DNA from: Podarcis gaigeae
Lineage: Eukaryota
Length of the DNA: 64,000 bases
Reading direction: 5' to 3' (one strand)
Assembly (NCBI GenBank): GCA_964106915.2
Contig: OZ066915.1
Below, in pieces: positions 24,833-38,759 of the stretch. Numbering within the stretch: position 1 is the stretch's first letter; every line of letters starts with the position of its first letter. The notes beneath the pieces were generated by a model. It was not told the DNA's origin and did not search any database. It worked only from the letters and a program-made list of their open reading frames with translations. The translations under genes and the position numbers were made by a program.

Positions 24833-27800
24833 TACACTGGTTTAGAGGTTCAACAGTGATACAGAGGATCATTCACAATAACCACGTTGACGCGTAAACA
24901 TATGACTTTGGTTTTCCAAGGGCCAGGGATGTGCAAGAGTACAGTACTAAACAATTCCCTTTTTGAAAAGACTAAGTCCACAACCCTATACAGTGGTACA
25001 TTAACACAATTCCCAACTCTTTCTACCTTTCAGTATATTCTTCTCCCCACTCTGCTGTATGGTTTTATTCTGCTAGCTGGGCTGGAGGAGGGGAATAATG
25101 CATCAATAACGTCTTCATTATCACTTTAATGCAAGGTTCTTTGGTAGCTACTGCTGAACAGGTACTTTTCGTTGTTGACCTGTCAGCTCAGCTTGCTAAT
25201 TATTTCCTATTTGCATTTCGGGCAGAGTCCCTGACAACTGCTACTTGCCATCTGTCAGAGGAAACCCAGGATGGGTGGCATCCTGTTTGTTTTATCTCTA
25301 AGGTAGCGCGGATAATCTTTCCTTCATAAAAGGGCACTGTGTAGGCTGTTGTTCTAGCAAAAGTCATAAACAATTTAATAATGATATTAATACTGTTTGT
25401 GACGCAAATAGGGAGGGGAGGGGAGAAACCGAGATGCATTTATTTCAGTAGCTTAGCTAAGACGGAGAGGTCCTTGCCCAGCTTTCATCTCAGCACTGCA
25501 GCTAGTTGTGTGCACAACAGCACAAAGGATCTTTCCAATCACTCATTTTAAAGTACCCCCAGATGTTACTCCAATATAAACACAATTGGCTCCATCAGTA
25601 GCTATCTAGCTATGTATGCAGTAAAATTACAGCTTTGGCTACCGGACAAGAAAACTCAATCAAAGCTGTTTACTGCTGGCAAAAGCCTGTAACCTCAAAA
25701 TGCAATAACACTTAGGAAAGTGACTCCGCTGCATCTTTTCAACATAGTCTCCCATCCCCAGCCCAGGTATTTATATCAGGCAGGCCTATGATAAAAACCG
25801 CATGATAGCAGAACAGCATTGCTTTACAAATCTGGGCACTGATACTGTGCATCCAGCAAAATGAATGAAAACTCAATACTCCGATTCTTAGGTCATGTCT
25901 GAGTCAGTGCATCCCACCACACCTTATCCCCGCATGGAATGCAGTTTAAAATATTTGGTTAGATCTGCTGTTTAGGGGCTATCAGATCACCACCCTGGAC
26001 AGATTTCTGTTAGTAGCTCCACAAGTTACTAACACAAGTGGAGTATCCCATAGCACTGTTATGGCTCTTTTGCCCTCCTTAAGATCCTGCAAATATGAGG
26101 ACCAAACCTGACACATCAGCATCAGACCTCTTTGTTTAACCCTAGGTCTGCCCCAGTCACAGGGATACGGGTCTGCCTTTTTAGAGGAAAGGGAGATGCT
26201 CGGGTGAGGGGAAAGTGAACTCTCTTTACCCCAACCTCTTATATTCCCTTAGCATCCTCTCACCAGATGTTTTTCCTGGAGCTCAGCAGAGGAGAAAAGC
26301 ACCTTAAGGGACCAGTGGGGCAGAGATAAAGCTGCACAGAGTGTGCATTAAAAACTGAACATAAAATTGTTTTTCCTCTTCCCTGAAATGCCCTCACACT
26401 CAATTGAGTACGTATAGTATCCCGAAACGCTTCTCAACATCCTTCAGGAAGTGTCCCCTTGCGTTAATGCGATCATTCAAGCTGGAGCAACCATGGTTCT
26501 TAACAAATATATCTGAACTATGTAAATTGCTCAGTGTGGTGTCTTCAGCAATAAGGTCTTCAGAACAGCTCCTTATTGCTGTTTAACTGGCCATTAGCAG
26601 CTGGAATAGACTGATTTCTTAAGGGTTATGGCTTAAATAATTACCTGACACTCGGAGCTATTAAAAAACAGTTAATGAATAGTGGGTGGATCCATGAGGA
26701 GGCAGCAGAGTTACATACAGCTAGCTGGGGAATGTGTTATATTGGGTAGGAAATGGCACTTCAGATGTTGCTGCCTGGGGGAGGAGGGGGACAGAACAAA
26801 TTAGATAGGGAGGGCTTTAATAAAATTGTTTGATTTTTTTTTCTTTAAAAGAACTGTTGACAGCTATTTAGCGACTACAATGAGCGTTAATCAGTTAATT
26901 TTTATGTTACTAGCTTGCCAAAAGCTTGAGGCTCACTTTTTTGTTCTCTTTCTTTTTAATATATAATTAGAGGACATATATCAAAGGGGAAGATACTGTT
27001 AAAGGTCCAGTCTTTCCAGGGGCATTACAAGCCCCCAAGAGTGTAGATTTATTCATGAACTTGTGACCCAGTCTGCGACCCAAAAATCACATTAGCTAAG
27101 GTAGTTCAAAAAGAACAGAACAATGTGGTAGAAACTCTGGTCTCACCACCACCCTCATAAACACACAATAATATAATATGAGTGTTTCAGAAGGGCAAAT
27201 GTATGCTTCGGCACCATTAGTACTTTTGTTGCTCTGTTTTATAGGCAAAGGCAAAATCTCAACCAGAATTATTTGGAGAGTGGGGGAGAGTCTCTAAAGT
27301 CCATTTTCTTTCTACTGTTGCTGCATTTTAGTACAAAACAAAAAGCAACCCACTCATTTCTCAGAACTTCTCCATACCTTTCTCCTTTTATATTAAGGTT
27401 GCACAGCCTGTGACTCTCATCATCACTCACCATTAGCCTTGCTGACCGGGGTGGATGTTTGTTGTGGCCTCAGAACATATTATGGAGTGTCACAGGTTCC
27501 TTTTCCCTGTTTTGGCACATGGACTCAGCTCTACTCAAAGGGTTAAACATATTACTTAGTTTAACAGGAGATTACTTTCTATGTCAGCAATGTTTGTGTC
27601 ATATATAAATACCTTGGGTTTTTACCTCCAGGAAACCAGTAGAACCATGTTTACCACTTTGAGCTCCTTGGAGGAAAGCTGGTGTATAAATGTAATAAAG
27701 TATCCTCAATTTTTTTGGCAGTGGCAAAAAAAAAAAAAGTCCTATTCACCATTCAGACATTACAAGTAAAATGTTTTTTCCCCCGACACCTTTTTACTGA

Positions 27801-28462
27801 ATTCCGTTTTCCTTGTCCTTCCCTGTGTCACAGTGAAAAAAGGATTCTTCAGTGTTGAAAACTGGTACATGTGGGATAGGTTTAAATGGGTAGGAGAGGA
27901 TATATTGATTGCAGTTTATCCCACCAGGCCCCCATGCGTGTGGGTTAACAGAGTTTGAAAATCCCATCTTTGGCACCCCAATTAAAAGAATAGGAATTAG
28001 TCTGCAGGGCCTCCTTTGGAGAAAGTTCAACTAAAAAGTAAGCTGGCTTCTCCCTTCTTACCTCACTTAACAAAGAATCAGGCAACAACTTGTAATGTAA
28101 GTTTAAAATAAGATTTACCTACTTTATAATCATGCTTTGCTTCACAGCAACAGTAGCAGCAAAAGCCCCATACCTAGAGCTGCAGCAAGCAGGGCCATGA
28201 CTACATCCAGCACTAATCAAAGGAAGAGAGAAGAGAGAGGATCAGGAAGTACTATATGCTGCTTCCTCTCCAGGAGAGGAGGGGAAATGATGTAACACAC
28301 AGCTCTCTCTACCAGTTGTATTTCTATGGTCTGAGTAGACACTCAGCAATTGCCTGTCAGCAGTACAGCTCTATGGTATTAGCCCCTTCTCATGCTAACT
28401 AGCAAGGAATATGCATTAGTTACGTTTGGCTGCTAATCTCCCACAGTTCCATAGTTCATGTT

Positions 28463-28573
28463 TGTTGTTGTTGTTTAGTCGTTTAGTCGTGTCCGACTCT
28501 TCATGACCCCATGGACCAGAGCACGCCAGGCACGCCTGTCTTCCACTGCCTCCTGCAGTTTGGTCAGACTCAT
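28463..28573 (-). mobile_element. 5'-truncated Bov-B (RTE) LINE, 3' end
   Basis: The reverse strand reads ggtccatggggtcatgaagagtcggacacgactaaacgactaaacaacaac; 12-bp TSD atagttcatgtt/atagtttatgtt. Confidence 0.85.
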
Positions 28574-28862
28574 ATAGTTTATGTTACCCCATGCTAATTA
28601 GTATTATATCATAGCTAGCTGACCTTTTGACCAGCACGCTGGCTTCAAGTATCAATAACTTTCAAAATGTAGTAAGCAGGGCAAAGGCATGGCCCTTGTG
28701 TGCTCTGAATAATTGGTCACCAGGGGAAAATATGGAGAGGAAAAATAAAAATCCTGCATCCTTCTTTTCTAATTTGCTGCTTATCAGGATGTCAATGTTT
28801 GTGACATCCTACAGAAATTGCATTAGCCACCTTGGAATCCTTTTGGATGAAAGGCAGTGTAA

Positions 28863-29148
28863 NNNNNNNNNNNNNNNNNNNNNNNNNNNNNNNNNNNNNN
28901 NNNNNNNNNNNNNNNNNNNNNNNNNNNNNNNNNNNNNNNNNNNNNNNNNNNNNNNNNNNNNNNNNNNNNNNNNNNNNNNNNNNNNNNNNNNNNNNNNNNN
29001 NNNNNNNNNNNNNNNNNNNNNNNNNNNNNNNNNNNNNNNNNNNNNNNNNNNNNNNNNNNNNNNNNNNNNNNNNNNNNNNNNNNNNNNNNNNNNNNNNNNN
29101 NNNNNNNNNNNNNNNNNNNNNNNNNNNNNNNNNNNNNNNNNNNNNNNN
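28863..29148. other. Assembly gap (286 N)
   Basis: Run of N, immediately after an L2-like 3' tail. Confidence 1.
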
Positions 29149-29831
29149 CTGGGATGCAGCTTGTTAATGTGAAATCAGTGCACTCTTCCTACCCTTCCCA
29201 CCCAGAGGAGAGGCCACCTGGACAAGTTTTAAGAAGAGCAAAGAAAACAGCAGATCTCATCTTCACCCCATTCCACATAGCACCTCTTCCTGGATGGGCT
29301 TTCCTTCTATTTTTGCTAGAACAAGGCTTCTGAGTGTAATCAGTGGAAATATAATAAAAAACTGGGAAAACTTGGCCTGGCCATGCAAAATACCTGACCA
29401 TCACACTGAGCCAATTTGGTGGGACACAGGATCAGCTGTGCTGTATAATTAAATATCTCCTCAGCAAAATCAAGAAGACAGATCCCATGAGGAATGTTTA
29501 CATGAAGGAAAAACAGCAAGAACATAAACGTAGTGTGTAAGCAAGCTGTAGTGTAGTGAATAGAAATGTACTGTAGAAGATGAATAGTGAGAGAGGGCAT
29601 TATGGAGGGGTATTCTTCCATCTCCTCAAGAAAACTGAGGGGTCTGAACAGAGAGTAATGGGGATGTGGTACTTTCCACCATCACCCTCTGTTAATTTTA
29701 CTGCTAGTATTAATTACGGCAGGAAATTTTTTGCTGTTGGTACTCTTGTAAAAGTGATCCTAGTTAACCATGAAATGGTTTTACAAGAATACTCAGGTCT
29801 TCGCTCTGCTTTCTCCCCCTATCCGTTGCAG

Positions 29832-30293
29832 TGTTCCATGCCTTCCTGCATCACAGCCTTCCACGTAACATGCGCCTTTGAACGGAATCTGGACATGCGG
29901 ACGCTTTTAGCAGAGAACGATGAGGTGAAGTTCAAGTCCTTCTGTCTTGAGCACAGCAGTGGTGCCACTAAGCCACCAGACGAAGCACGGACGGATGCAG
30001 ATCAAGGCAAGCTGGATATGGAAAAAGTAACGCTGAGGAAACAGAAGCTCCAACAGTTGGAGGAAGACTTCTATGATCTTGTGAAGCCCTCTGAAGTGGC
30101 TGAGAACCTTGACTTGACTGAGGGGCTAGTTGATTTTGTCTATCAGTACTGGAAATTAAAGAGGAAAGCCAATTACAACAAGCCTCTAATGATGCCCAAA
30201 ACAGATGAGGTGGACAACTTGGCTCAGCAAGAGCAAGATGTGCTGTACCGACGCTTGAAGCTCTTCACACACCTCAGGCAAGATCTTGAAAGG
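29832..30293 (+). CDS. JADE2: JADE2 coding exon (462 nt): end of PHD2 and start of the post-PZP helical region ([16 protein letters not shown]...[16 protein letters not shown])
   Basis: Acceptor ctttctccccctatccgttgcag and donor gtgagt at 30294; lies within ORF 29580..30356; carries the JADE motifs YWKLKRK and [10 protein letters not shown]. Confidence 0.97.
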
Positions 30294-33200
30294 GTGAGTA
30301 GAATTACAGGCTTTGTGAAATGTTCTGCTGTTCTACCGTTTCTAGTAATTCTTTAACTCCAGTGGCCTGATTATCCCAACAATCACTGAAACTTCACAGC
30401 GCCCAGGCATAGCTTCTGTTCTGATCGCTATCTGTATATTCATTTTCGTTATGATTTTTACTCAAGGAGTTCCATATTTTTCATTTGCCTGTCTAGAGCA
30501 TCCTTTTGTAAAGATAACGAGAAAGGCCCCAGCCTTCCTCTTTACCTTGGAGCTAGGGAGAAGGCAGAATTTGTCCCCACAGCTGAGTGAGCTTCCGAGG
30601 GTTCAGTACAGCAGTGGAGAAAATCCCCATCCTCTCTCCAACTCAGAGAGGGAGGTTTGGCTGGCACATGGATCCTCTTGGCCACATGGGACCAAAATGA
30701 GCACCAAACTTTTCCTCCTGTTCCTTGGGTAGCTTGTGTGACAGAGTGAAGGACTCAAAGCACTTTTGTCGGCCGGCACCAAAACAAGTCCCTGGTCCTC
30801 TTCCCAGGTGACAAATGAGGGCTGCAGTCCTATGTACAGTATATTTACCAGGGTTAGGCCGGAATGAACACAATCAAACTTTACTTCCATGTAAACCAAA
30901 AGTTGTGGGTCCATTCTTACTCCAAGCAAGCACAAAAATCAAATGGAAAAATGGGGGTAGGAATTGTGTGCATGTGTGTGTGTGAGAGAGAGAGAGAGAG
31001 TGAGTGAGAGTGAGCAGAAAAATACTATCTGTTGTAGGTCCATGACATGGGGTGTCTTTCAGCACAGACCCATTGGCTTGGTTAGAACTAGCTCTTGAAA
31101 AGCTCAGTAGGGAAGTCAAATGCCCATAAATCCTGCAGTCCCTTCCACCCCACCACACATTTTGGCCCTCCTAAGCAAATTAAAAGCACACTGCTAGGAT
31201 AGCATAGACAGAAGGGTATCTTTTCTCATTAAATTTATTCTTTCCTTTGTGATTAATTTTTATAGTAGGAATCAGTTTCTAGATAAGGCCAGGGAATGCT
31301 TTGTTAATAATCTTTTCAAAGGAATGGTCAATGTTTGTGAAATTGCTCAGTGTAACAATTTATGATGACAGACCTTCATCTACTCTTCTTTTGCCCTACT
31401 TTTCCCCTGCTGTGTCTAGTGCAGGCTGTGCTGCCGCATGCAAGACAGTAAAAGGAAATTTATTAGAGTCCTGCTTTGTGAAGTTCCACGTTGCCAGAAC
31501 TCTTGGACTCTTGTAAATTTCTCTTTTATTAGCTATGCATACAAAAACAAACAGTGGCGGAACCAACTGTGATGCTACAGAAAGTAGAGGAGATGGGGGC
31601 AGAGTTGGCACTGCATAAACAACTGAGGAGATGGAAGACACAAAACAAATTGCCTAGTGAACATCTCTTGAGAAAGGAAAACACAGAGAAGCAGAAAGGA
31701 ATGGGAAGCAAAGAGGATTTAATAGTGCATGGGAATAAATGTACAAGGGGTAAGCGCTGACAGAGGGTAGTGCAGGCATCATCCTTGTAACTGACTGCCC
31801 TAGTTGTGCCAGGTTCAGAGGTGAAACTGGAGGTTCAAATAAGCCATGAAAATACAAGATCTGTCCTGATCAGAGAGAGGAAGATGAAGAATCAAAGCAT
31901 TTTGTAAAACACTGTATTCACACTTAATTTTGATTCTTTCTCCTATGATTATATGTGTGCTTACGTTAAAATGCATCGCTTGCCTTTCTACCATAAACAG
32001 TACTCAGCAGCACTCTTTTCAATGTATATGGTGCTTCAGAAGGTTCACATGAAATGCAATTCATGACCTCTACCATGTGAGGCTGGGGGACTTTCTGCAT
32101 TTTGTGTATAAATGCCACTGGGCCTTAGGAAGTGACCCAAAGAAATTGCTCTTCATGAAGGAATTTAATGCTTCACTTTTAAAAAAGACACCTTTTTACC
32201 CCCTAAAAAAAAACAAACCCAGCTAGTGTTAAGTTTCTTCCAACTCATTATTATTTCTGCACCAGCTGCTGCTACAGTCTTAAAAACAGGTTTGAAACCA
32301 GCATCATGCCCCCAAAATGCTACCCAGATCTCTTCTTATGATGAGGATGGGGCACATGGGCCATCCAGATTTTGTTAGACTCAACCAGTCCAACAACATC
32401 TGGAGGGCCACAAGCTCCTCATCCCTGTTTTATGATGTAATTCATGGTCAGAAACCTGTTTTCTCTGCTCTTTTACAAATATTTTAATTGATATTAAAAA
32501 CTATATAAGAACCCAAATTAACTTTATCCATAAGATACAATTGCATCTAGGACAAAATTGTTCATAAAAACCACTACGTATTGACACCATTTCAACTCAC
32601 AAGAACAGGGCCAAGAAGAGGAATATCACAACACGTGAGTTGAGGCTAATAGTGCAAGTTCTTTAATAAAGTACTAGTTTTTGTGGAGTGGGTAAAGGGG
32701 CAGGATCCTGCATTAAACAGGAACAGTAAGTGACAGATCACAGGATAAGGCATGGATTGAAAAGGGGGAAAAACTTGTGCCAATCTGAAATATCTTTAGA
32801 ATTGGACTAAAAGATTTTAAAAGTGGAATAGAGATTTGAACCAGATATAACCTTTATCCTAGATGATATGATTATGCATTAAGAAACTGTGTTGGACTTT
32901 CAAGATTGCTCTTCAGCCATGTACATTCCCTTCACCCTTTATTTTCCTGTAACATAGGAGAATGATTCTCTTGCTTACATTTCTGATCTCTGTAATTTTA
33001 GGTTGTTGAAGCTGTGTTTTTAGCAACAAAGACAAACACAGCAAAACAATCTTCCACTGAGAGCCACTGTCCTAAGTTCCCCCGAGTCTCAGTGAATTCA
33101 AAACAATGCAGCTGTAAAAATTAATTTATCTTAATCAACTTCAGCAAAGCTTCATAATCTTTCAGTTACTTGATAGAGAAGTGCAGCTTGTTTATGGTGT

Positions 33201-35333
33201 GTGGTGTAGCTTTAGCTATGCTGGTGAAAGTAGTTACATGGCCAATAAAAAGCATTTTTCTCTTAGACATATAAATTAAGAAACTGAAAGACATTCTAAC
33301 ACATATCTTGCCAGAGGCAGCTGTTTCCCTTGTAAAGAGATTTCAGTCTGATGTTCACTTCAAACCATAATAAATCGAAAGGTGTGTGTTAAAATATAGA
33401 TCACATAAAATATATAGTGCATAAATCACATTTCTATACTTGAGTCTTGGGTATTTATTCTTACCGTTTTTTTCTAAAAACTTTTCCACCTCTGAAACAG
33501 GAGCTTCCAAAATTTCTTGAGATAATACTAACATTTTGTATGGGTTTGCAGTCCAAACCATGTAGGTCTGAGAAGAAAATGCATCACTGTTAGAGCAGTC
33601 ATGATACGTTTATGCAGATAAGATAGTATTGTCTCACACCAACTTCCTTCTCTGCCATCCACTTTCTTATTGCTTCCTCCACCAGTTTTATGGTGGGGCT
33701 AGGAGCTGTCTCAGTATATTTCAGTGTGTGTATTATAAGACTAAGCAAGCAATGTATAGAGAACTTCACCTAGGGAATCATCAAAAAGAGCATACAGGAT
33801 ATATTGACAGTGTGAAGACTGCTTTCTAGGGTGTTTACAGATAAGACAAACATTTTACTGTTTAAACCTTCTTCCCTAACACCTGCTATTCCCATTACAG
33901 TGCCGCCCAATTTCTAGACCCATCGGGGTTTTTTAATGCCACAAACCTCCCATCATCCTCTGTTGGTTCACCTCACTTCTCCCACCTTTCACAACCAGCT
34001 GTCCGCATTTCTTTTAACCCGTTTTTATACCACACCATTCCCAGTCTCTGTAGTCCATTTTCACCACCTGGTTTTGATTCTAAGCAGTCCATAGTATTTA
34101 GTTTAGAGACTATATTTGCTTTATTGCCCTGGGTTACAGCCTGAAAGTTCATGTAGAGGCCCCTTGTTGGCTGTCTTCAGTTACAGATATTGCAGCTGGG
34201 GGAAGTGTCAAAGGAGTTGCAAAGTGTAATCATGGCTTGAGTTGGTATAAATTTCCAGATTTGAACCTATTGCAGAAGTGGACTATGTGAAAGGGAAGTT
34301 CACAGAGCAAAGTGGACTATCCACCCAAACCTAAAGTTAAGGAGGGCAGAATATCTGGCACAATTCCTACCAATAGGCAGCTATTTAAGCAATGATCGGT
34401 CTCCTCACAAAAAAACCAACAAAAGAAACATCACTGATAGGTTTAAAATAAGCATTCTTTGATCTCTGAGTACCCACAGGAGTTAGAAAATACTGAAAGC
34501 CTCATCTATTAGCTGGAGGTGTCATACCTTATAGTATTTAAGGCTTGTTCCCGTGAGCAGATTGATTCTTGTGTTATTATTCAGGATTAGCTGTCCATGT
34601 AGGAACTACTTAATCCTGTGAGTGCTTAACCAAACTTTTAGCCTGATCCTACCTATGTTTATTCACAACTCAGTCCCACTGAGTTCGGTAGGCTTTCCTC
34701 CCAAAGAAGTATGCATATGATTATATCCCTAAAAAGTAATTGTGCAGTAGGAGCCAAATCCAGGAGCTGTGTATTATTGAAGCATTGTATTGAATCCAGG
34801 ATTTGGGCTACTGCATTCATGCAGGACCTTTGTTGCTTTGGCAATGGGAGAGCACAGTCAGAGCTGCCGTGAATAAAATTATAAATAAAACTTGCAATTA
34901 TATCCTCATAAGATGATTGTTTTTAGATTTGGTGCACAATATGCATTTTACCACTCTACTCAAACCCTTTTAAAACCTTAATGAGCATGTATCAGTAAAG
35001 TCAAGTCCTCTGCTTTTGCATATTTAGTTCCCTTTGAACTGTTGTTCACATTCATTTCAGGAGGGTGTTCTTTTTTTCTGGATAATTAGGACTTATTGAG
35101 GAATTAGTCATATTTTCAATTCACTTTTGATTGCTTTTACTTCCAAACTGACATCATATTTTGTATTCATGTTACTCCAGGAAGCCTTTATTTAAAAAAA
35201 AAAACAAGAAAGAAAGAAAAAAACAAAACCACCCATTCACAGATGTGACAATTTTAAAGTATTCCACTGCCCTGTTTCTTTGATTCTTTTGCCTTTCACA
35301 TTATTGACCTTGATAAACCAAAATTAAGAAACT

Positions 35334-35684
35334 GACGCGGGTGGTGCTGTGGGTTAAACCACAGAGCCTAGGACTTGCCCATCAGAAGGTTGGCGGTTCG
35401 AATCCCCGCGATGGGGTGAGCTCCCGTTGCTCGGTCCCTGCTTCTGCCAACCTAGCAGTTTGAAAGCATGTCAAAGTGCAAGTAGATAAATAGGTACCGC
35501 TCCGGTGGGAAGGTAAACGGTGTTTCCGTGCGCTGCTCTGGTTCACCAGAAGCGGCTTAGTCATGCTGGCCACATGACCTGGAAGCTGTACGCTGGCTCC
35601 CTCGGCCATAAAGCGAGATGAGCGCCGCAACCCCAGAGTTGGTCACGACTGGACCTAATGGTCAGGGGTCCCTTTACCTTTTTT
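35334..35684 (+). mobile_element. Sauria SINE, full length
   Basis: gacgcgggtggtgctgtgg...ggttcgaatccc...ggtcaggggtccctttaccttt; no clear TSD. Confidence 0.92.
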
Positions 35685-36770
35685 ATCCGCTACCCCAGTC
35701 TAGATTCCATTGCGTCTTAGGGTGGTAAAAAGCCCCCATGCAAAGCCATGTGTGTTTTGTCAGAAAAAGGGCACCTGCATGCTTCACTGGGTCAGTTTTT
35801 GCTTGCAAACCTGCATGCGCATTTTTTTACCTGGATATGTTAATATAGATAAAGCACCTCAGTGGCATAAAATCAATAGATTTCAGGGGTATTTTTACCC
35901 CACCAAACACCTTTCAGAAGCAGAAACAACCATAAATTGTAATACCTTAAATTTTGGGACATCAGTTACTATTGTGCAGGTGACAGTCTCCTAAAAGGAT
36001 TACATTGTAGGTCTACTCTGACATGAACACTGCAGTGAAAATGCACCCAGTCTGGATGCAATTTTCTTAACTGCACCCAGAGAAAAGAATAATTGTTTGA
36101 GTGCAGGGTTTGTCCTCCTTAATTACATAAGGAACAGGCCCTTGTTTTTATTTGTCTTGCTGGTTATTTACAATTAAGATCCAGGAAGCTCACTGCCCAA
36201 AGTCTCACTCACATTGATTCATCAGTGAAGACAGAAGAAACCCAGATAATTGGGCAAGTGTAAATTCATGGTGTTTCTGTCACCATATAGCTTTTTTAAA
36301 AAAGCCTCTGACAAGCAAGCAACTCTGTTTACTATTTTGGTTCCAGCTAGCAGAGATTAATGGTGGGGGGCAGATCAAATGTGATGTTAGAGATACACAG
36401 GCTCCTAAATACTTGCACTGTTTTGTAAAAGCTTACCAAAGGGATGCATAGTCATGGATATACAAGGCTTACTAAAGAGATGGATATTCATCCCCCCCCC
36501 CCCAAAGCGAGGGGGAAGAATGAAAAATGTTATGTGAATATCATTCTTTGTCTGTATAAATTACTGGAAATATTGTTGAGGACATTGTACATGAAGCACT
36601 CCAGTGAGAATTTACTTTTCCTCCCTACTTTCACGCCATCCCACAGTTTTACTTCAGAAATGCAATGCTATTATGAGGGGGATTTGTTTCCACATGCACA
36701 GTCGCAGTCCCTAGTTGGAAGAAGATTCATAAACACAAATAGATCAAAACAACAACAACAACAACAACAA

Positions 36771-37311
36771 CCGTATTTTTCGCCCTATAGGACGCACTTT
36801 TCCCCTCCAAAAATGAAGGGGAAATGTGTGTGTGTCCTATGGGGTGAATGCAGGCTTCAGGAAGCTATCCGCAAGCCTTGCGAGCCCTGTGGAAGTTCCC
36901 GCGGGCTCGCAAGGCTTGCAGGCAGCAGCCTGCAGCCCGAAGCACGGGGCGTGCTGCACAGTGCGCCCCGGCTTCGGTTCCCCGACCTGGTTTGGAGGCT
37001 GGCGGCGGGGAGAAGCTTCTCCCCGCCACCAGCCCCACAAGCTCGGGGAACAGCGGAGAGGCGGAGCGCCGCCATCCTGCTGTTCCCCGACCTGGTTTGG
37101 GCTTCAGGCAGATATCCGCAAGCGTGGGAGCCCGGCGGGAAGTCGCGCCGGTCTCCCAAGGCTTGCGGAGAGCTTCCTGTTCTGGGGTCGGGGGAAGCTC
37201 GGGCGTCCTCCACCCCAGCCCCGCGCCTGGGGGGGGAATAATTTTTTTTATCCCCCCCCCAAATTAGGTGCATCCTATGGGCTGGTGCGTCCTATGGGAC
37301 AAAAAATACGG
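36771..37311. mobile_element. Tc2/pogo-like MITE with GC-rich interior
   Basis: TIR ccgtatttttcgccctataggacgcac / gtgcgtcctatgggacaaaaaatacgg, followed by TA. CCGTA termini are typical of TcMar-Tc2 elements. Confidence 0.85.
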
Positions 37312-37530
37312 TATATTTATACCCCAGCCATCTGGCTGGGTTTCCTCAGCCACTCTGGGCAGCTCCCAACAGAATACTATATTAAAAACCTTGATAAAAC
37401 ATTAAAAACCTCCCTAATCAGGGCTGTCTACAGATGTCTTCTAAAAGTCAGATAGTTGTTTATTTCCTTGACATCTGATGGGACGGCATTCCACAGCATG
37501 GGTTCCACTACCGAAAAGGCCCTCTGCCTG
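37312..37530 (-). mobile_element. L2 LINE 3' fragment; its (TTG)n tail is displaced to 36748-36770
   Basis: The reverse strand encodes RAFSVVEPMLWNAVPSDVKEINNYLTFRRHL, an L2 ORF2 C-terminal motif, followed by a typical 3' stem-loop tail. Confidence 0.8.
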
Positions 37531-38759
37531 GCTATATGCATTTGTGATCCATCTATTAGGGCTGCACACGCATAGCTATTGGGAACTCTCTTTTTTCTGG
37601 AGTGGGTGGGGAGGAGCTGAATTTAGTCATTTTTCCTACCTTGGACACTGTTCCTCTTGTGCAGATACTTCTCTGAATTCAACACCCACCCACCCCTTTT
37701 CTTTACTTGCTTGGAGATTGCTTCAGGACCTTTTAATGTAAACCTCTATACAAATTTAATGAGCTAAACATCAAGCAAGACACAGAGTTTGTGCTTAAAT
37801 TGGTTCAGAACTTCTTTTTGGTTTTGCTTATTTTGGGTCCCCCCCCCCCAAGTGCCTGTTATACACAGTTGTGGGTAAGGTCCTGATGAAATAGCACAGT
37901 TTCTTAAAAGTTTGATGCAGGTAGGAGTTGGCAGGGATTCTGGAGGGGTCTCCAGAGAGATTTTTTTGTTATGTGAATAAAGCTTTATTTTCATACCAGC
38001 TGCTGTTTTTGTTCATGGGCATGAGTGTAACAGCATTGCACAGGGCTTTAATGAATCAGAATTTGGCCCAGTTAGTATATGAATGAACCAGGGCAGACTT
38101 AGGTCAGAAGAGGATGGGTATATTTAGATGCCTGTAAAGTCTATATTTACTTCACACTGTGCCTCTGACAGTGTGTGACAGGGTGGCTTAAATCATCAGT
38201 GAAGTCCTGTTAGAGATTAGCAACAGGCTTTTCATGCCCCTGTGCTGATTTGGAAAAGCAAATGTTAAAAATCAGGAGCTCTTCTGCTTGAAGACTGATC
38301 TTGAACATCAGGGGTCAGGGGTTGAGGTCTCGGACCCCTGCAGTTGCCTCAGCATGATAATGTGTCAGGAAGTAATTTGACACTTGAACAGCTCTTTTTG
38401 GTCTCCTTGATCTGTGTCTGGGCTTTGCTCTCTCCTGAACAGCTATGCTGTCGAAACAGGATAGCCAACTGGTACAAGGTTTTCTTTTACCACTGACATT
38501 CCCTCTGCATACAGTATTTATGCTGAATGGAGCTTTTCTCTGAGGGTGATTTCTTGCAACTGGGTCATCAGTCACTGGTGAAATGACAGCAGCTTTCCTG
38601 AAGGAAGCAAGACAGAAGTGACCTTTGGGTGACTGGGTTTGTTTTAGAAGCACTGTCATTTGCTGTACACCTGCCAGAGAGAAAGGTGTTATTGTTTTGT
38701 GTGGGGTTTTTTGTTTTTATTTTTAAAAAAGAAGCATTTGGAAAATTCTGTGGCAGATT

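Noticed and set aside
28627-29172. ORFs of 181 and 111 aa
   Set aside because: Artefacts of translating through the N gap.
29580-29831. ATG-initiated in-frame extension upstream of the 462-nt exon
   Set aside because: The sequence is not JADE-like and a strong acceptor lies at 29831; a chance open frame.
36444-37455. Long overlapping ORFs (265, 209, 139 and 138 aa)
   Set aside because: They arise from the stop-poor, GC-rich MITE interior and a (CAA)n run; no domain signature.
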